Shown here: piece by piece, positions 49,901-61,760 of the stretch
Position numbering within the stretch: position 1 is the stretch's first letter
How the letters are laid out: each line of letters begins with the position of its first letter
Origin: Orbicella franksi
Taxonomy: Eukaryota
Length of the DNA stretch: 64,000 bases
NCBI GenBank assembly: GCA_964199315.1
Contig: OZ116711.1
Span: forward strand, 21,390,001-21,454,000
Reading direction: 5' to 3'
Position numbers and translations under genes: made by a program
Notes under the pieces: model-generated
What the model was told of the DNA's origin: nothing
Database searches by the model: none
The model's input: only the letters and a program-made list of their open reading frames with translations

Positions 49901-52900
49901 AAGCGGGGCGGGCGCTTTAGCAAATGTTACGGAAACTCAGACAGAAATAGAACAAGGCAGGCGAGATCCTGGCAACACAAGACTTTGTTATCAAAGCCAA
50001 AGGACTACAAGGTCTTCAAAAATTTACCCCGAACAAAGTGCGAGTGGAAATAATTTTTGTAAACAATCAGAAGCTTGGACTGAGGGAAGACATAACAGTC
50101 ATGGCTGCACGAGTCGTCCAGCCACTGCCGTAGGTTCATCATCCCGAGATGACAGAGACGCGCGGACCCAGCAGTCCACTGATGCGCCAAAGAAGGTTAC
50201 GTTTACGTTACTGGCTAAACCTGCTTCAGCAGGAAAAACTGCTGTGGTTATGGATGATGCTTCTTCCTTGAGAACATTAAGTTCACACTCGAGATCGTCG
50301 CCAGGCGTGGAGTCAATGAGCAGGGTTTCTACATCACAAAGCATGCAAGAGTGTGACTCAGAGTCTGAATGCTGGTGCAGTTTTCTTAAGACAAAGCTTC
50401 AATGGCTCTCACTGGCATACTTTGCAAGACGTTACTATGGTGTGTGGTTGCAAAAAATGCCTGTCAAGGTAAACCAGGTCTACCCTTATTCGTAACAGGA
50501 ATTTGAAGTAACCACGACAGTGACCCACCTCGCCGATCCTCGATTTTACCTACGAATCTCACGATACTCTTAAGTCATTTAGCTTGTTTCTCTTTGTCAA
50601 AGTTATCTCGAAACTGAATATAGAGCTGAGGACAGTAGCGTTCAATTGAGAAAATGAAATTTCAAAGATTAGCCGTCGTGGTTCACGTTCTCCAGAGAAC
50701 GCAGAACTTTGTCATTTCACGTTGTTGTTTTGCAGAGGACGGCAAAGAAATGTACCAAGAAATATAACGCAAGTGCACAACCATTTTCCTTAGAATCGTT
50801 AACATGACGAGCAATAACAAAGAACATATTTCTCTTTTCCAGGTTGTTGTGATAATATTTTTCCTCAGTCTCCTCGCCGTTGGAATTTACGGCGCACTCC
50901 AAGTTGAAAGTGGCCTAGACCTCACAGATGTTGTACCAAGAAAAGGCGTGGAATACAAATTTGTCGAGGCTAGGCTCAAATATTTTTCGTTTTATCCAGT
51001 GGCGCTCGTTACACAAGACTTCGACTACGCTAATCAGCAGAAGAAATTGTTGTCCTACTATAATGAGTTTAAAAACGTAAGTGGTTAGAAATGTTATGGC
51101 CAGAGAAATTTAAAAACGGCGTTTTCATTCTGAAAACGCATCAAATGTTTTCCGTCCACACTACGCCGGAGAAATTTGAAAACGCAACTATCACGGGTCA
51201 TTTTGGATTTCTGTTTGAGGAAAACTCAGACGGCCGGGGAAATCACATGATGTCATCGTTTTCGAAAAGCTCCGGTTTCAAAATGTTCTCAGTCCACACT
51301 AAAAACGCTGGCGTTCTCAGATTCCTCCGGATTGAAGAGCGTTTTCGAAAAGCTCTGTTTTCGTGACGGATTAGTGTGCTCCCTTTTCAAATTTCGTAGT
51401 GTGGACTGGGCCGCACTGTTGTATAGAGTAGGTAGGGTATTGTCGAAAGAAGCAACAAGTTTTTCTTTTCCGTTTCTTGTCACCAGATTTTCAATACAAC
51501 TGGAATTCCAGGCTCAAAAGAAAGTCCCAAGTTTTGGTTGACGTCCTTTAGAGAATGGCTAAATGGTAAGGGATGTAAAATGAACTAGAAACAGTTGACA
51601 CTACAGTTGCCCCGCTGTGAAGAACAGGTCTGATAAGCCTCAGAAATGTAATTTTCGCTGATAATGACCATAATATTAATCTGGCAATCAGGTTAGCTGA
51701 ACATCTTTGACGACTGTGTACTGTGGATTTCTTTTGTGCTTCCAACTGACTTGTCATGTAAGCTAAGTCTGCATACAAGCCAAGTGGCCCATCATACCAG
51801 CGCTTATCCCGGCTTCTGTAGCATGAAGCGACTAGGACTATTTCTGCTTCCCCCTGGATCGAATGTTAGTCCATCGCAAGGTTACCGCCAGCATTAAATT
51901 GGCCCTTACCCATTTATATACCTGGGTGGAGAGAGGCATTGTGAGAGTTAAGTGTCTTGCCCAAGAACACATCGCTACGTTCCCGACCAGGGGTCGAACC
52001 CGGACCGCTTGATCCGGAAGCGAGCGCACTAACCATCAGCTAAAATTTGGTTCGTCATACGCTGTGTCTATTTGTTCGTTTTTGTTAGGGAGATTTTGCT
52101 TTCGCGTGGCCGAAAGTCCTTAATTTTATGCGTTCATTTCTGTTCGAGAGCGTTTCGCGAGTGTATGCATGATTTCGAAACTATTATACAGTGGATTTTG
52201 TGCCCTTTCCTTTTATGTATACTGGTTGTTGAGTTAAAGTTCAGTGCTGCTCCGGGACGACACTAGACATCAAATTACGTTTGTTGTGCGTTTTTTATTT
52301 GTCTCAATAGAGATGGGTAGCTTGTTCAAACCAAGGGGAAAAGCGCTGATCGTTCCCAAATGTTTACATTCGCTTACTCCTTTATTCTGCTTAGTACACA
52401 AAAGAATAACTAGCCAGTGATTCCGGGAATTTCTAGTCCGTGGGGGGCTCCGGTATGAAAAGGACGGGGTGGGGGGCTCGTCGGAAATTTTGAAAAGAAC
52501 CCCTCCGAGTTACCTAAATCCTGTCTTGTGGTGTGGTTGAAATGTTTTTCACCTCTAAGAGTACCAATTCTAAAACAACACATAACCTCCTGTCATACGT
52601 TTTTCGGCTTAACACCCTTGAAGATTCTGCAAAGGCTCCCGCCGTGGGCCTTTTGAGGCTGAACACGCTGAGAGGTATCAGAACTGCTTTTTTAATCCCT
52701 GAAAGGCACGCCGAGAACCCCCGTCCTCTTTATAAGGGAGTCCCTGCACCTCCCCTCCCCCCCCCCCCCCGCTCGGATATCTAGGCTAGGTCATTATCAC
52801 TGGATTATTCCGCGCCCGCTCTGTTCAGACAGCATCAAGATTTTTTAGTAACAATATTTGTTGTCTATGTAGATACTCAAGTATCATTTGATCAGGACTG

Positions 52901-55900
52901 GGCCAATAATTCTATCACATACGCCGGCTGGTACGACAATGCGACGAGCACTGGTGTTATTGCCTACAAATTACTCTCACAGAATGACAACTCAGACAAA
53001 ATTGATAAATCAAAGGTAGGCACCGACGGCTGAATTTTAACCTATGGGTAGGGGGTTTGAGTAACAACATAGTACAAGTAGGAGTTGTCTCCGCCCAACG
53101 GGGACACCCGTATGAAAAGGTCAGTGATGTCTGTCGTCTCGCTTAGGGATATAAATCAAGGATTCTGGTCTTACCTTGGGTGTTCATGACGAAACCCCAC
53201 TACTTTTAGCCGAGATAGGTGTCATTCAGGGTTTAATTCAAATTTTCCGAAGAGCATCCCCGACCGGGAGTTCCCCCGGGGGTGCCCGCCCGACGCGCTG
53301 CACGCACCACCCCGACTCACTCCCTACAGTCCCTCCTCGAGTGTCTGCTACGTAAACTGCAGAATTTTTTCGGCATTCTGAAAGCAACCTCGGCAAATTA
53401 TGACAGGAAACAAGAGAAGATGTAGAGTAAGAGAGTTCATTCCCCATATAGGCATTATTCTTAAGGGAAACCGTCTCAAGTTATTTCTAGATATGGTTTG
53501 TAGTTCTCTCGACGATGTATTGCGTGGATGTTTCGTGGAGGATAAAACTCCACGCGTGTAAAATTCACGTCAAAGGATTGGCTAATTCTAATAGTAATCT
53601 AAAAATAACTTGAGAGGCATCACCTTAGGAATGAGTCCTTTATGGGGGACTAATTCGCTTACTCTTCATGCTCTCTTGCAGGAAACCATTACGAAGTGCG
53701 AAAGAATGATTATGGCCGAGATGGTAATAACTTCAAGGATGGGCAAACTTAAGCCTACACTACGCCGCAGGAATTTTAAAACGCAGCTTTATTTCTACGG
53801 TTAGGCCTACCGTCGATACTAATCCGTCACAAAAACGGAGCTTCTCGTGACAATCTTCAAACCGGAGAAATTTGAAAACGCCGGCCTTGTGTTTTATTGT
53901 GGACAGGAAACATTTTGAAAACACAAATCTAAAATGACCGTTGATTGTTACTTTTTTAATTCCTACGGCGTACTGTGGACGGAAAACATTTGATGCGTTT
54001 TCAGAGTGAAAACTCCGTTTTCAAATTCCTCCAGCGTAGGTGGACGGGGCCTGGAACACTGAGGCGCCTTGCAATGAGTTTGATTGAATGTTTTTCACAA
54101 TGAACTGTAACCTTGGTGATCAATTATGGGTGTATTTGTGCTTTACAGGTTCGAAACTATAAACTTGTCAGCGATGATGGAATTATTCGTCCAGAAATAT
54201 TTTACAAAGCTCTGACAACTTGGACCAATGAAGACTTCTTGGGGTACCAATTCTCACAAGTATGTTATAAAAGCAACGTATTTTAAACACAGTTTTGTCG
54301 TAACACTCGAAGGAAGCGAGCCATCAGTTAGTTGTGTTAAGACCATATCTGTAATCCTGTACTGTGACAAGTTAATACGTGCATTTCGATAACGTAATAT
54401 CCGTGTATTTCTTGCAGGCCGTCATCAAACCAAAGACAGTCAACTGGACAAACATCAAAAACAAACAAAATGACAAGGCAATGAAAGGTAATTTTCCATG
54501 CCAGTTTCTTCGTTTTTTTTTTTTTTTTAATTAACACTGAACTATATGACTTTGTTACCGAACCAGTCTCCTTTCCAGACTTCCTATTTTCGATACCGTG
54601 GCGTCATGACAATCTTCTCTTATTCTCTCCACGCCATAGAGTGTAAACGGTGAGAAAAGTAAAGGATTGTGGGGAATAACTGCATACCAGAAATGAAAGA
54701 GAAACTGTCAGTTAACATTAGTAAAAATTAGCGTGGTTGTAGACACAACGTAGAGCCTGTAAACTGAATTATAGCCAAAGGAACTGAAGTAATCTGAAAA
54801 TGAAACACTTTAAAAGAATATTTTTTAGGCCTTACGCTCGTTCTTTTTCAGTGCCTAGTGCCAAACCAATCACATTTGCGAATATCAACTTTAATGTTAT
54901 TGGCCTTAACGAAACCAAGGATTTTGTGAAACTGATTGAGGTGAGTTCGCGTGCTTTCATGGAATTTGACTAATTTAAAAGAATCAAGCAATCCAATAAC
55001 GAAGCGCGCGAAGTCTAAAAAGAGAATGCAAATTAAACGCGGGAGCCCCGCGAGAGCCAGACAACATAAGCGTGTTCTGAGAGAAATATGGGAAAATGAA
55101 CGCAAAATTTTCGTTTTAAAAATTGTTTTAGGAACACTTGCTTACGCGCTTGAAAAAGCGTCAAATTTTCCATCATTCCGTTTTGTTTGTCTGAGTTTGT
55201 CTGAGTTATGACGTCACTCGCGCGCTTCGCTATTCTGTTTTATTTTCGTGAACGTCAAAAACCGTTTAGTTAATATCGCGCACCAAAGTTTCTTCTTTCT
55301 AAGGGAAGATTCTACGACATTGTAGCACCATGTAATTTAGAACTGTGGATTATTAGGTAAAATTTCTCCACCGCTTTTGAAGCCAACTCGTAATATCTAT
55401 GACTAGTCCATACGGATATGGTTGCGATTATATAGGCATTGAAAATAAAACCGTTTAAGCCAAAAAAGTTTTGTAATTATGTAAGAAAATGAGACAGAAA
55501 TATAATTCGCGGAAGTAAATCACTTTTAAGCGCGAAACCCTCGCACATGGTTTTTGGCAACGCTTCAGTTAAAGGCTGTCAAAGTAATCGATGAATCGAA
55601 TTATACACCCACCTTTGTTGTCTGCCAAATAGTCTTTAATTTGGAAGCACTTGTTCGACTCTAAACGCGAAAGATCAGTCCATCACTTTGGCAGCCATTT
55701 CAAAATTTTTACTCATGAACGACTGTTGTTCAATCATCGCTTTCATCTTCCCAGGCCGTTCGAAAGATCTGTGACAAGTACTCAGACGACGGATTACCCA
55801 ACTACCCTAGTGGTGTGCCCTTCACGTTTTGGGAGCAGTACATCTGGCTGAGAAGGCAAATGTTGATCGCGATTTCTATTTCATTGGCGGTGAGCTTCGT

Positions 55901-58900
55901 TGTCACGGTGATCATTCTGTTCAACATCCGGGCAGCTGCTGTTATTGTTCTTGTCCCGACAATGATCATAGTGGAAGTGTATGGCTTTATGGGTCTCGCT
56001 GGTATAAAAGTCAGTGCTTTTCCCGCAGTTAGAGTTATTTTGTTCGTTGGAGTCGGTATGGAATTCACTGTACACATGTCTATGGTAAGTTGTCTTTATC
56101 TTGTGATAACAATTTTTTCGATCGGATCGTTCAAAATGAGACGTTTATAGGCTTAGGAGAAAACCGAAACTACAACACTTTTTTGTTACAGTTACGCGAT
56201 CTGAGACTGGAACCGAAAACTCTACAGAGATCCGTGGCGACTGGTTGCTGTTGAGCGGGGAAACATCCAACCTGTGCCTAACGCAAGAAAACAAGCAACG
56301 TGTGCTAAGCGCGGGAAAAACATGCAACGCGTCCTAAGCGCCGAAAAACATGCCACGTGTGCTTAGCGCGGGAAAACGTTCCCAGACCAAGCCACGATTA
56401 TTTAGAGCGATTTTCAATTACGTGTCGTAAAACCAAAATCAAACCAAATACTTACCAATTAGATTACTCAGCTAATCTCAAACCGTAATAAAACCAAAAC
56501 CAAAACCAAAGTAATTGCCTGATTACTTTCGACATTCAATTGAAAACTGCTCAAAGCTTTGCGCCTAATTGGTTTAAAGTGCACTTAACCCCAAAAATTT
56601 TTTTTCGCTAAAATAATAAAGCTTATTTTGTGGAGTAATTTGCCGCAAAAATCTTGCGATTTGGTTAAATCCTCGAATTTCTGTGCCCTCTCGAAACCGA
56701 GTTTCGAATGGTTCGCGACCGCGCTTGGGGAATCTGGAGAGAGTTAAAGCTGTGACGTCAAGTCCAGAACGAATCTTCGGCTGTCCCAATCAGGTCTTTT
56801 ACTTTGTCCGAGTGTAGCAGCCTTGGGTTATGTTTTCTTTGCCACTGCTTAGAGAGCTTTGCAAGCATTTGTAGATACATGTAGCAACTAGTCTGTAACG
56901 TCTTTAAGTCAGTCTTTACCCAGTACCATAAAATGACCAAGTCCTTCACTTTGCAGGCATTTTTCCACGCCCTTGGTGACAGAAACCAAAGAATGCAAAA
57001 GGCAATAGAACACGCTTTTGCTCCGATTGTGAATGGTGCTATTTCTTCTTTACTAAGTGTTGTGGTACTAGCAGGATCCCAATTCTATTTTGTATTCAGG
57101 TAAGAGAGGTTACCAAGCCGGATTTTCTCAGTAACATATTTTATAATGACACTTAAAAGATAATTCCAACCGTTGTTGTTTCTTTATGTTGATTGTTTGA
57201 GAAAGACGCAGCAAATGGCTTAATGGCCGGTTAAGTACGTTAGTAGAGAAGTTCTCTTCAGTAAAGACTATGTAAAGAGAATTCCTTGCCATATTAAAGC
57301 GTTTTTAGGGCTATTTCTCTCGCTCACTTTTCGCTTCTCGATTCGAAAGATCTTTGAGCATTGGTATTGACCGACCATACTCTGTACCATTATTTTTGTG
57401 CTGATTCGTTGGGTTACTGTATCCGCTCTCCTGACACTCGTGTAAAATAAATTCCATAACCTTCTGCAAATCCTCAACTCTTCACCTCACAGTGGACCCC
57501 GCCTTAACTCCACCTCGTTATGACAGTCACTTTATTCTGGCCCGAACAAAAGCTCAGTCAGTAATTTGCTTATTTAAAACACTCCTTTAAACACCCGCTA
57601 ATATGACCCGATTTTTGTAGCCCGTTGGTGACCGGATTAACGGTATTCCACTGTATGATATGTAACTTAAGGATCGTCCCTTTAAAGACTTTTTAATGTA
57701 TTTCTTTCGTAGATACTTTTTTATCCTCCATGTGGCGTTGATACTGATCAGCACATTAAATGGCGTGGTGTTTTTACCTGTTGTTCTGTCCTTAGCCGGT
57801 CCAGGGCCAGTGGTAAGTCGTAATAATTAATCATTGAGGGAAACATGTTAAGAAGAACGAATTACTGGCGTGATTTTCCAAAATCAAGACACTGGTCATA
57901 CAGTGCGGTAACCTCTCTTCACCGAAGAGTTTCGAAACGTTCGTTTTAGAAAGCCGCTGTGCGAGGTGAGTGCAGGCACAAAGTTAACCTTGCGCCTGCA
58001 CTCATATCGCTCAGCAGATTCTCCCTATCCGAAAAACCCCTTTGAGCCTCTGCGGAATGGAGAGTGCAAATTGCTGCTAGGTCGTTGCACGAGCCTGAAG
58101 TCTGGAAACTACTTAATTAAATGAAATCAGCAAACGAAATATCAATCATACACTTTAAGTCCAAATCCTTTTCAAGACGTAAAATTCTCCACCTTAAGGG
58201 GGTCTTATACTCTCAGATATAAATTTTTCTCCAAAAAACCATTTTTTTGGAACATGAAGATTCAACATCCCTGTCCATTTGTAAATCGTATTTTGAAACG
58301 ATTTTCCTCTAATTACTCCTGAATTTACGTTTAAATTAAGAAATCTGAACACTTCTAGCTATATTTCAACATAGCAACACCCATAGCAACCATTGTTTAC
58401 AGTCTAAAAGTACTCACAAAATGGATTCAATTCAGTACATTTTAATGATACTTTACACAAACGCTTTAAAAATGTGTAGTTATGAGATTTTTGCATCATG
58501 GTCCTGAACATTGTGTCTTCTACCATCTTATACGCTCCTTATACTTGGTTAACATTTCTATGACTGGTGTGTATTCGGGTGTTCAATGAAACATTTATGT
58601 AAAACCTTTAAATATACCCCTCCCCCTGCCCCTAACCTCCCCCCCCCCTAGTTCACAGGGCTAATTTGGGCTCTCGGAGACCGAAGTAAAACTTTAAAAC
58701 CTTATTTCTCAAAATGACCAAATAGACGGATCATCAATATCTCGCACACGATATCTCCACTGGGTTTTAACCGAATGTTGTCAAATTTTCAACATTGATG
58801 AAGGACACAATTATCTAGGTCTTAAACCTCCAAAATTTGCAATTTATGAAAATTTTCCCTGTTATTTAGTTAATATAGTTAATATTACTTAATATTAGTA

Positions 58901-59630
58901 TACTTTTTCAACATTTCACGAGAAAAACCCCTTCAAAACACTGTTTTCTGAGGTTTGTCTCCTGGACAACTTGCTTATGGACAGGATGAACTTAATTCCA
59001 TACTTCTCGAACCATTCATTAACACGTTATCGTGTTTATAATGAACACCACTTTTTAACACTTAGGAGCTAGTTATTCATTAACTATCGTGGCACGTGAC
59101 CTGGAAAAGCTCATTTTTGAAGTCAGAGTGCAAAGTCCTTTAACGTGATACCAAAACTGTTCCACAGAGTTGTTTTGCAAAAAAAAAAAAATTTTTAGGT
59201 GTAAGACCACCTTAATCCTAACAAGAAATACACTTTGTAATGAATATAAACAATGAAGGTATTTGGTACCACAAACTTACGCATGCCGTCTAAACACAAT
59301 CAAGTTGTGACTTTTATTTGTAATTTTATATTTGTTTTGGTTTGTGTCTATCTTTGCTAGATAACAGAAATCCGTACGCCGGCCATCGTCTCAAATACGC
59401 TCGCTATTCAAAACCCTTCTGCGGTTAGGTATGTTTATAATGAACCGGAACCAGAAGAAATCGAATTGCACGCTGTTAAAGAGGTAAACAATAAGTCAAA
59501 TGATCATGGAGTCGATCTGGAAAGAACCAACGGAAATGGGGCCAAAGTGGAGTTATCCGATAATGAACCGAGGAGCTCAGACATGACGACGGGCGACGAG
59601 CCTCGCCCATGTGTACTGGCTTGGACGTGA
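38310..59630 (+). CDS. PTCH1: Patched paralog C (divergent PTCH1-like), 24 exons in one open frame; first exon/start not located
   Basis: Exons: 38310-38502, 39688-39877, 40370-40424, 41240-41334, 41964-42078, 42515-42607, 42925-43043, 43430-43592, 44281-44412, 44868-44996, 46186-46272, 46796-46921, 47734-47849, 49571-50468, 50843-51076, 51487-51565, 52873-53015, 54149-54259, 54418-54487, 54852-54940, 55755-56084, 56957-57099, 57713-57812, 59361-59630. Total 4080 nt, with no internal stop or frameshift found. The first exon seen (193 nt, [17 protein letters not shown]...) corresponds to PTCH1 exon 2. An in-frame ATG at 38382 is a possible start. Confidence 0.9.
39161..39545 (-). mobile_element. 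MITE family 1 copy (gene C intron)
   Basis: Reverse-orientation copy of 22701-23089. Confidence 0.8.
40880..41143 (-). mobile_element. tRNA-derived SINE (family B)
   Basis: Minus strand reads GGAGGCAGCGTGGCCGAATGG (A box) ... GAGTTCAAATCC (B box), with a T-rich tail; related copy at 35963-36178. Confidence 0.75.
42200..42415 (+). repeat. Dispersed palindromic repeat (TTTGACCACATTTCCAAA family)
   Basis: Near-identical copy at ~43985-44180 and a reverse copy at ~13625-13795. Confidence 0.8.
45289..45590 (+). mobile_element. tRNA-derived SINE (family A), full length
   Basis: tRNA-like head with A box TGGCCTCATGG and B box GGTTCGAGCTC; central CC(T)GGCCAAGACACTT and GTAACCCTGTGATGGACTAG-CATCCCATCCAGGGG blocks; 3' GGGCCACTTGGCCCGTATGCAGACTT. 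Other copies: 51762-52040 (-), ~43700-43890 (+), ~21815-21900 (-), ~63340-63500 (-). Confidence 0.85.
47214..47585 (+). mobile_element. MITE family 1 copy (gene C intron)
   Basis: Near full-length copy ending GTGGACGAGGCCT followed by TAA. Confidence 0.85.
48070..49535. mobile_element. Composite/nested non-autonomous elements ending in a palindrome that abuts a gene C acceptor
   Basis: Repeated block TTTTGATTGGTTCT...TATGATC...GAGGACAGACGCA at ~48125 and ~49263; repeated arm TGTGATC...CTGAACA(G/A)ACGCAC(G/A)GCAACATGGAATCTATTTGTTA at ~49185 and ~49487; palindrome 49345-49533. Confidence 0.7.
51095..51412 (-). mobile_element. MITE family 1 copy, internally deleted (gene C intron)
   Basis: Alignable to 22701-23089 in reverse orientation. 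Confidence 0.8.
51762..52040 (-). mobile_element. tRNA-derived SINE (family A), near full length
   Basis: Reverse complement of the 45289-45590 element. Confidence 0.85.
53748..54052 (+). mobile_element. MITE family 1 copy, internally deleted (gene C intron)
   Basis: Both TIRs are recognisable; central part is shortened. Confidence 0.8.
58198..59211. mobile_element. Non-autonomous Kolobok-like DNA transposon with TTAA target-site duplication (last intron of gene C)
   Basis: TTAA at 58194-58197 and 59212-59215; TIRs GGGGGTCTTATAC / GTGTAAGACCACC. Purine-purine termini fit Kolobok better than piggyBac. No transposase ORF. Confidence 0.75.
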
Positions 59631-59815
59631 TGAAGGAGGCTTTGTGAAGATTAACCGTTCATAAGTACGAACACCGGAAAGAGGTTGCTGGCCATGCCTC
59701 ACTTGACATAACAGACATCCTCGTCCCAGTGCCCCTCCTCAGATCGAACCGAGAGCTCTGAAGAAGACTACGCCCAAAGATATAAAGTATTGGTCAGCTT
59801 TTCATAACAGGGTTA

Positions 59816-59821
59816 AATAAA
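59816..59821 (+). terminator. Candidate polyadenylation signal of gene C
   Basis: AATAAA 186 nt after the TGA, followed by T-rich sequence; not verifiable without transcripts. Confidence 0.35.
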
Positions 59822-61494
59822 ACCTTACTCGTCTAAATTCAGAAGATATTTAGTTCTGTTGATATCTAACAATTTCTTTTTAAAGCAAAGTGCGATTGTA
59901 ATTCTTTCAAGTTTCTTCAAGTACAACATGGGGATTTTTTAATAAGGACGCGAAATGGAAGTTTCAAGGTACTATTTTCAAGGTGGCGGCCATACATATT
60001 TCATGAGAAAAACCCTTTTTACACAAATAACTTACCCATGATTGTACTTTGCCTTTTCATGTTTATCACTAACTCCCTATTCTGCAGTCTTCTTTTTCTT
60101 TCGCGTTGTAATTTAAAAGATATTCTAAATTCGTCGTATTTATATCACATCGATTAGCGGTTAAGTTTTATGATGGATGCAGGACATCCATAGCATGTTT
60201 ATCATGTGTGTATATTTATCTAAAGATGATTACTTTCGTATTTTGAAACGTTATCGTGTATGATTTACAAAAATATAATCTAGAGTGTAAATATACAAGA
60301 GAAAGAAGCTTATTTAACCGCCAGTTCATTGATATATCTTGAGAATAATAGCCCTTGTGTATGTTGACATCAAACAAACTAATTTCTTCACTAAGCTTTG
60401 CGTTTGAAAATTCAAATTGTGAATTTTATCGTGAACCAATAGGCCATGTTCGAGTTTCCTTGTGCCTCTGTTTCAAAACGAGTCTTCGTTCAAAACCTTT
60501 CTTATGAAAATGAGGTTGATTTGCATGAAAATGAAGCTGTGCGTTGAACAAATTTGATATAAATGGTTTCGCACGAACTGAGACTTGTTTTGACAGAGGC
60601 AAAACTGAGACATCTCGGAAATAGCCTATTCCCAAAGCAGCAAAGATGAAAAAGATAACGCTCGTAAAAACAACACGAAGGAGCCAGAGGTTTTAGAAAA
60701 TTTCGCTCAAACAAGGCTTGGTGGTGAATTTTGAGCTTGTGATGTTATCACGCATAAGACCTACTCGGATGACAAAGAATTCATTATTTCGTTTATGAAA
60801 TGTTCCATTAGAATGTTAATATTTTCAAGGGAGATAGCAATCATCTATCGTTTTGCCTTATGCAGATGTAGATAATATTTCATCAGTTTAGGATGTAGTC
60901 AGTTTTGTCAGGAAAGAAAATAGTATTAGTTTGTAAAAACGCTGAAGGCAAACACTTAATTTAAGTTGTGTTTTATCATTAGACTACAAGTCACTTTCTT
61001 TTCTTTTCACGTGTAGGCAGAAATTTATCGTTTTCCTCGCCATTCCATTTTTCTCTTTTTTTCTGCTCTCGGAAAAGTGATAAACTATTTGTGGTCTATG
61101 TTGTTACAAAATGTGGCTTCCAAAGCCTACATTTAAGATTTGTTAATGTAACACAGAAAATAAAGGACATATTTTTCGAAAGAATGTTACTGCGTGTATT
61201 TCGTGGTAACATCAGGCAGTTCCTCTCGCAACTATTGCGACACAAATGTCTCCGGATGTCACTTCTCAGATTTATCTCCAGACGCCTCTCTTCCTTTGTT
61301 CGAAGGGTCATGGGCAAGACTCTCCTCTTTATGTGCGCCTTCTCATGTCGTTCCTGATTGTTCCCAGTCTCTAATATCGACTGCAACTGGTCGCAAGACA
61401 ACACAAAGTAAAATATTTTTGTACCATGCAATTCGTCTTTCAGTTTTCTTTCTCGGTTGCACGTTTCGGACGTTTTTCAGGTTAACTCGGGCTC

Positions 61495-61760
61495 AGGCCA
61501 CACTACGCGGGAGGAATTTGAAAACGGATCGGAGGTTTTCACCGAAAACGTATCAAATGTTTTCCGTCCACACTGGGCGGGAGAAATTTAAAAACGCAAC
61601 AATCACTGGTCATTTTGGATTTGTGTTTGAGGAAAACTCGGTCAGGAAATTCACGTGATTATCGTGACGTCATCGTTCTCGAAAAGCTCCGTTTTCAAAA
61701 TGTGTTCCGTCCACACGAAAACGAAGAGCCGGCGTTTTGGCCGGAATTTCTCCAGCCGTT
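61495..61760 (-). mobile_element. MITE family 1 partial copy (intergenic, gene C to POLR2F)
   Basis: AGGCCACACTACGCGGGAGGAATTTGAAAACG start; alignable for ~260 nt. Confidence 0.75.

Noticed and set aside
38310-59630. Gene C as a plain pseudogene or an allelic assembly duplicate of B
   Set aside because: All 24 exons keep GT-AG sites and one open frame of 4080 nt, and intron content and the 5' half differ greatly from B. A very young pseudogene cannot be fully excluded without expression data.
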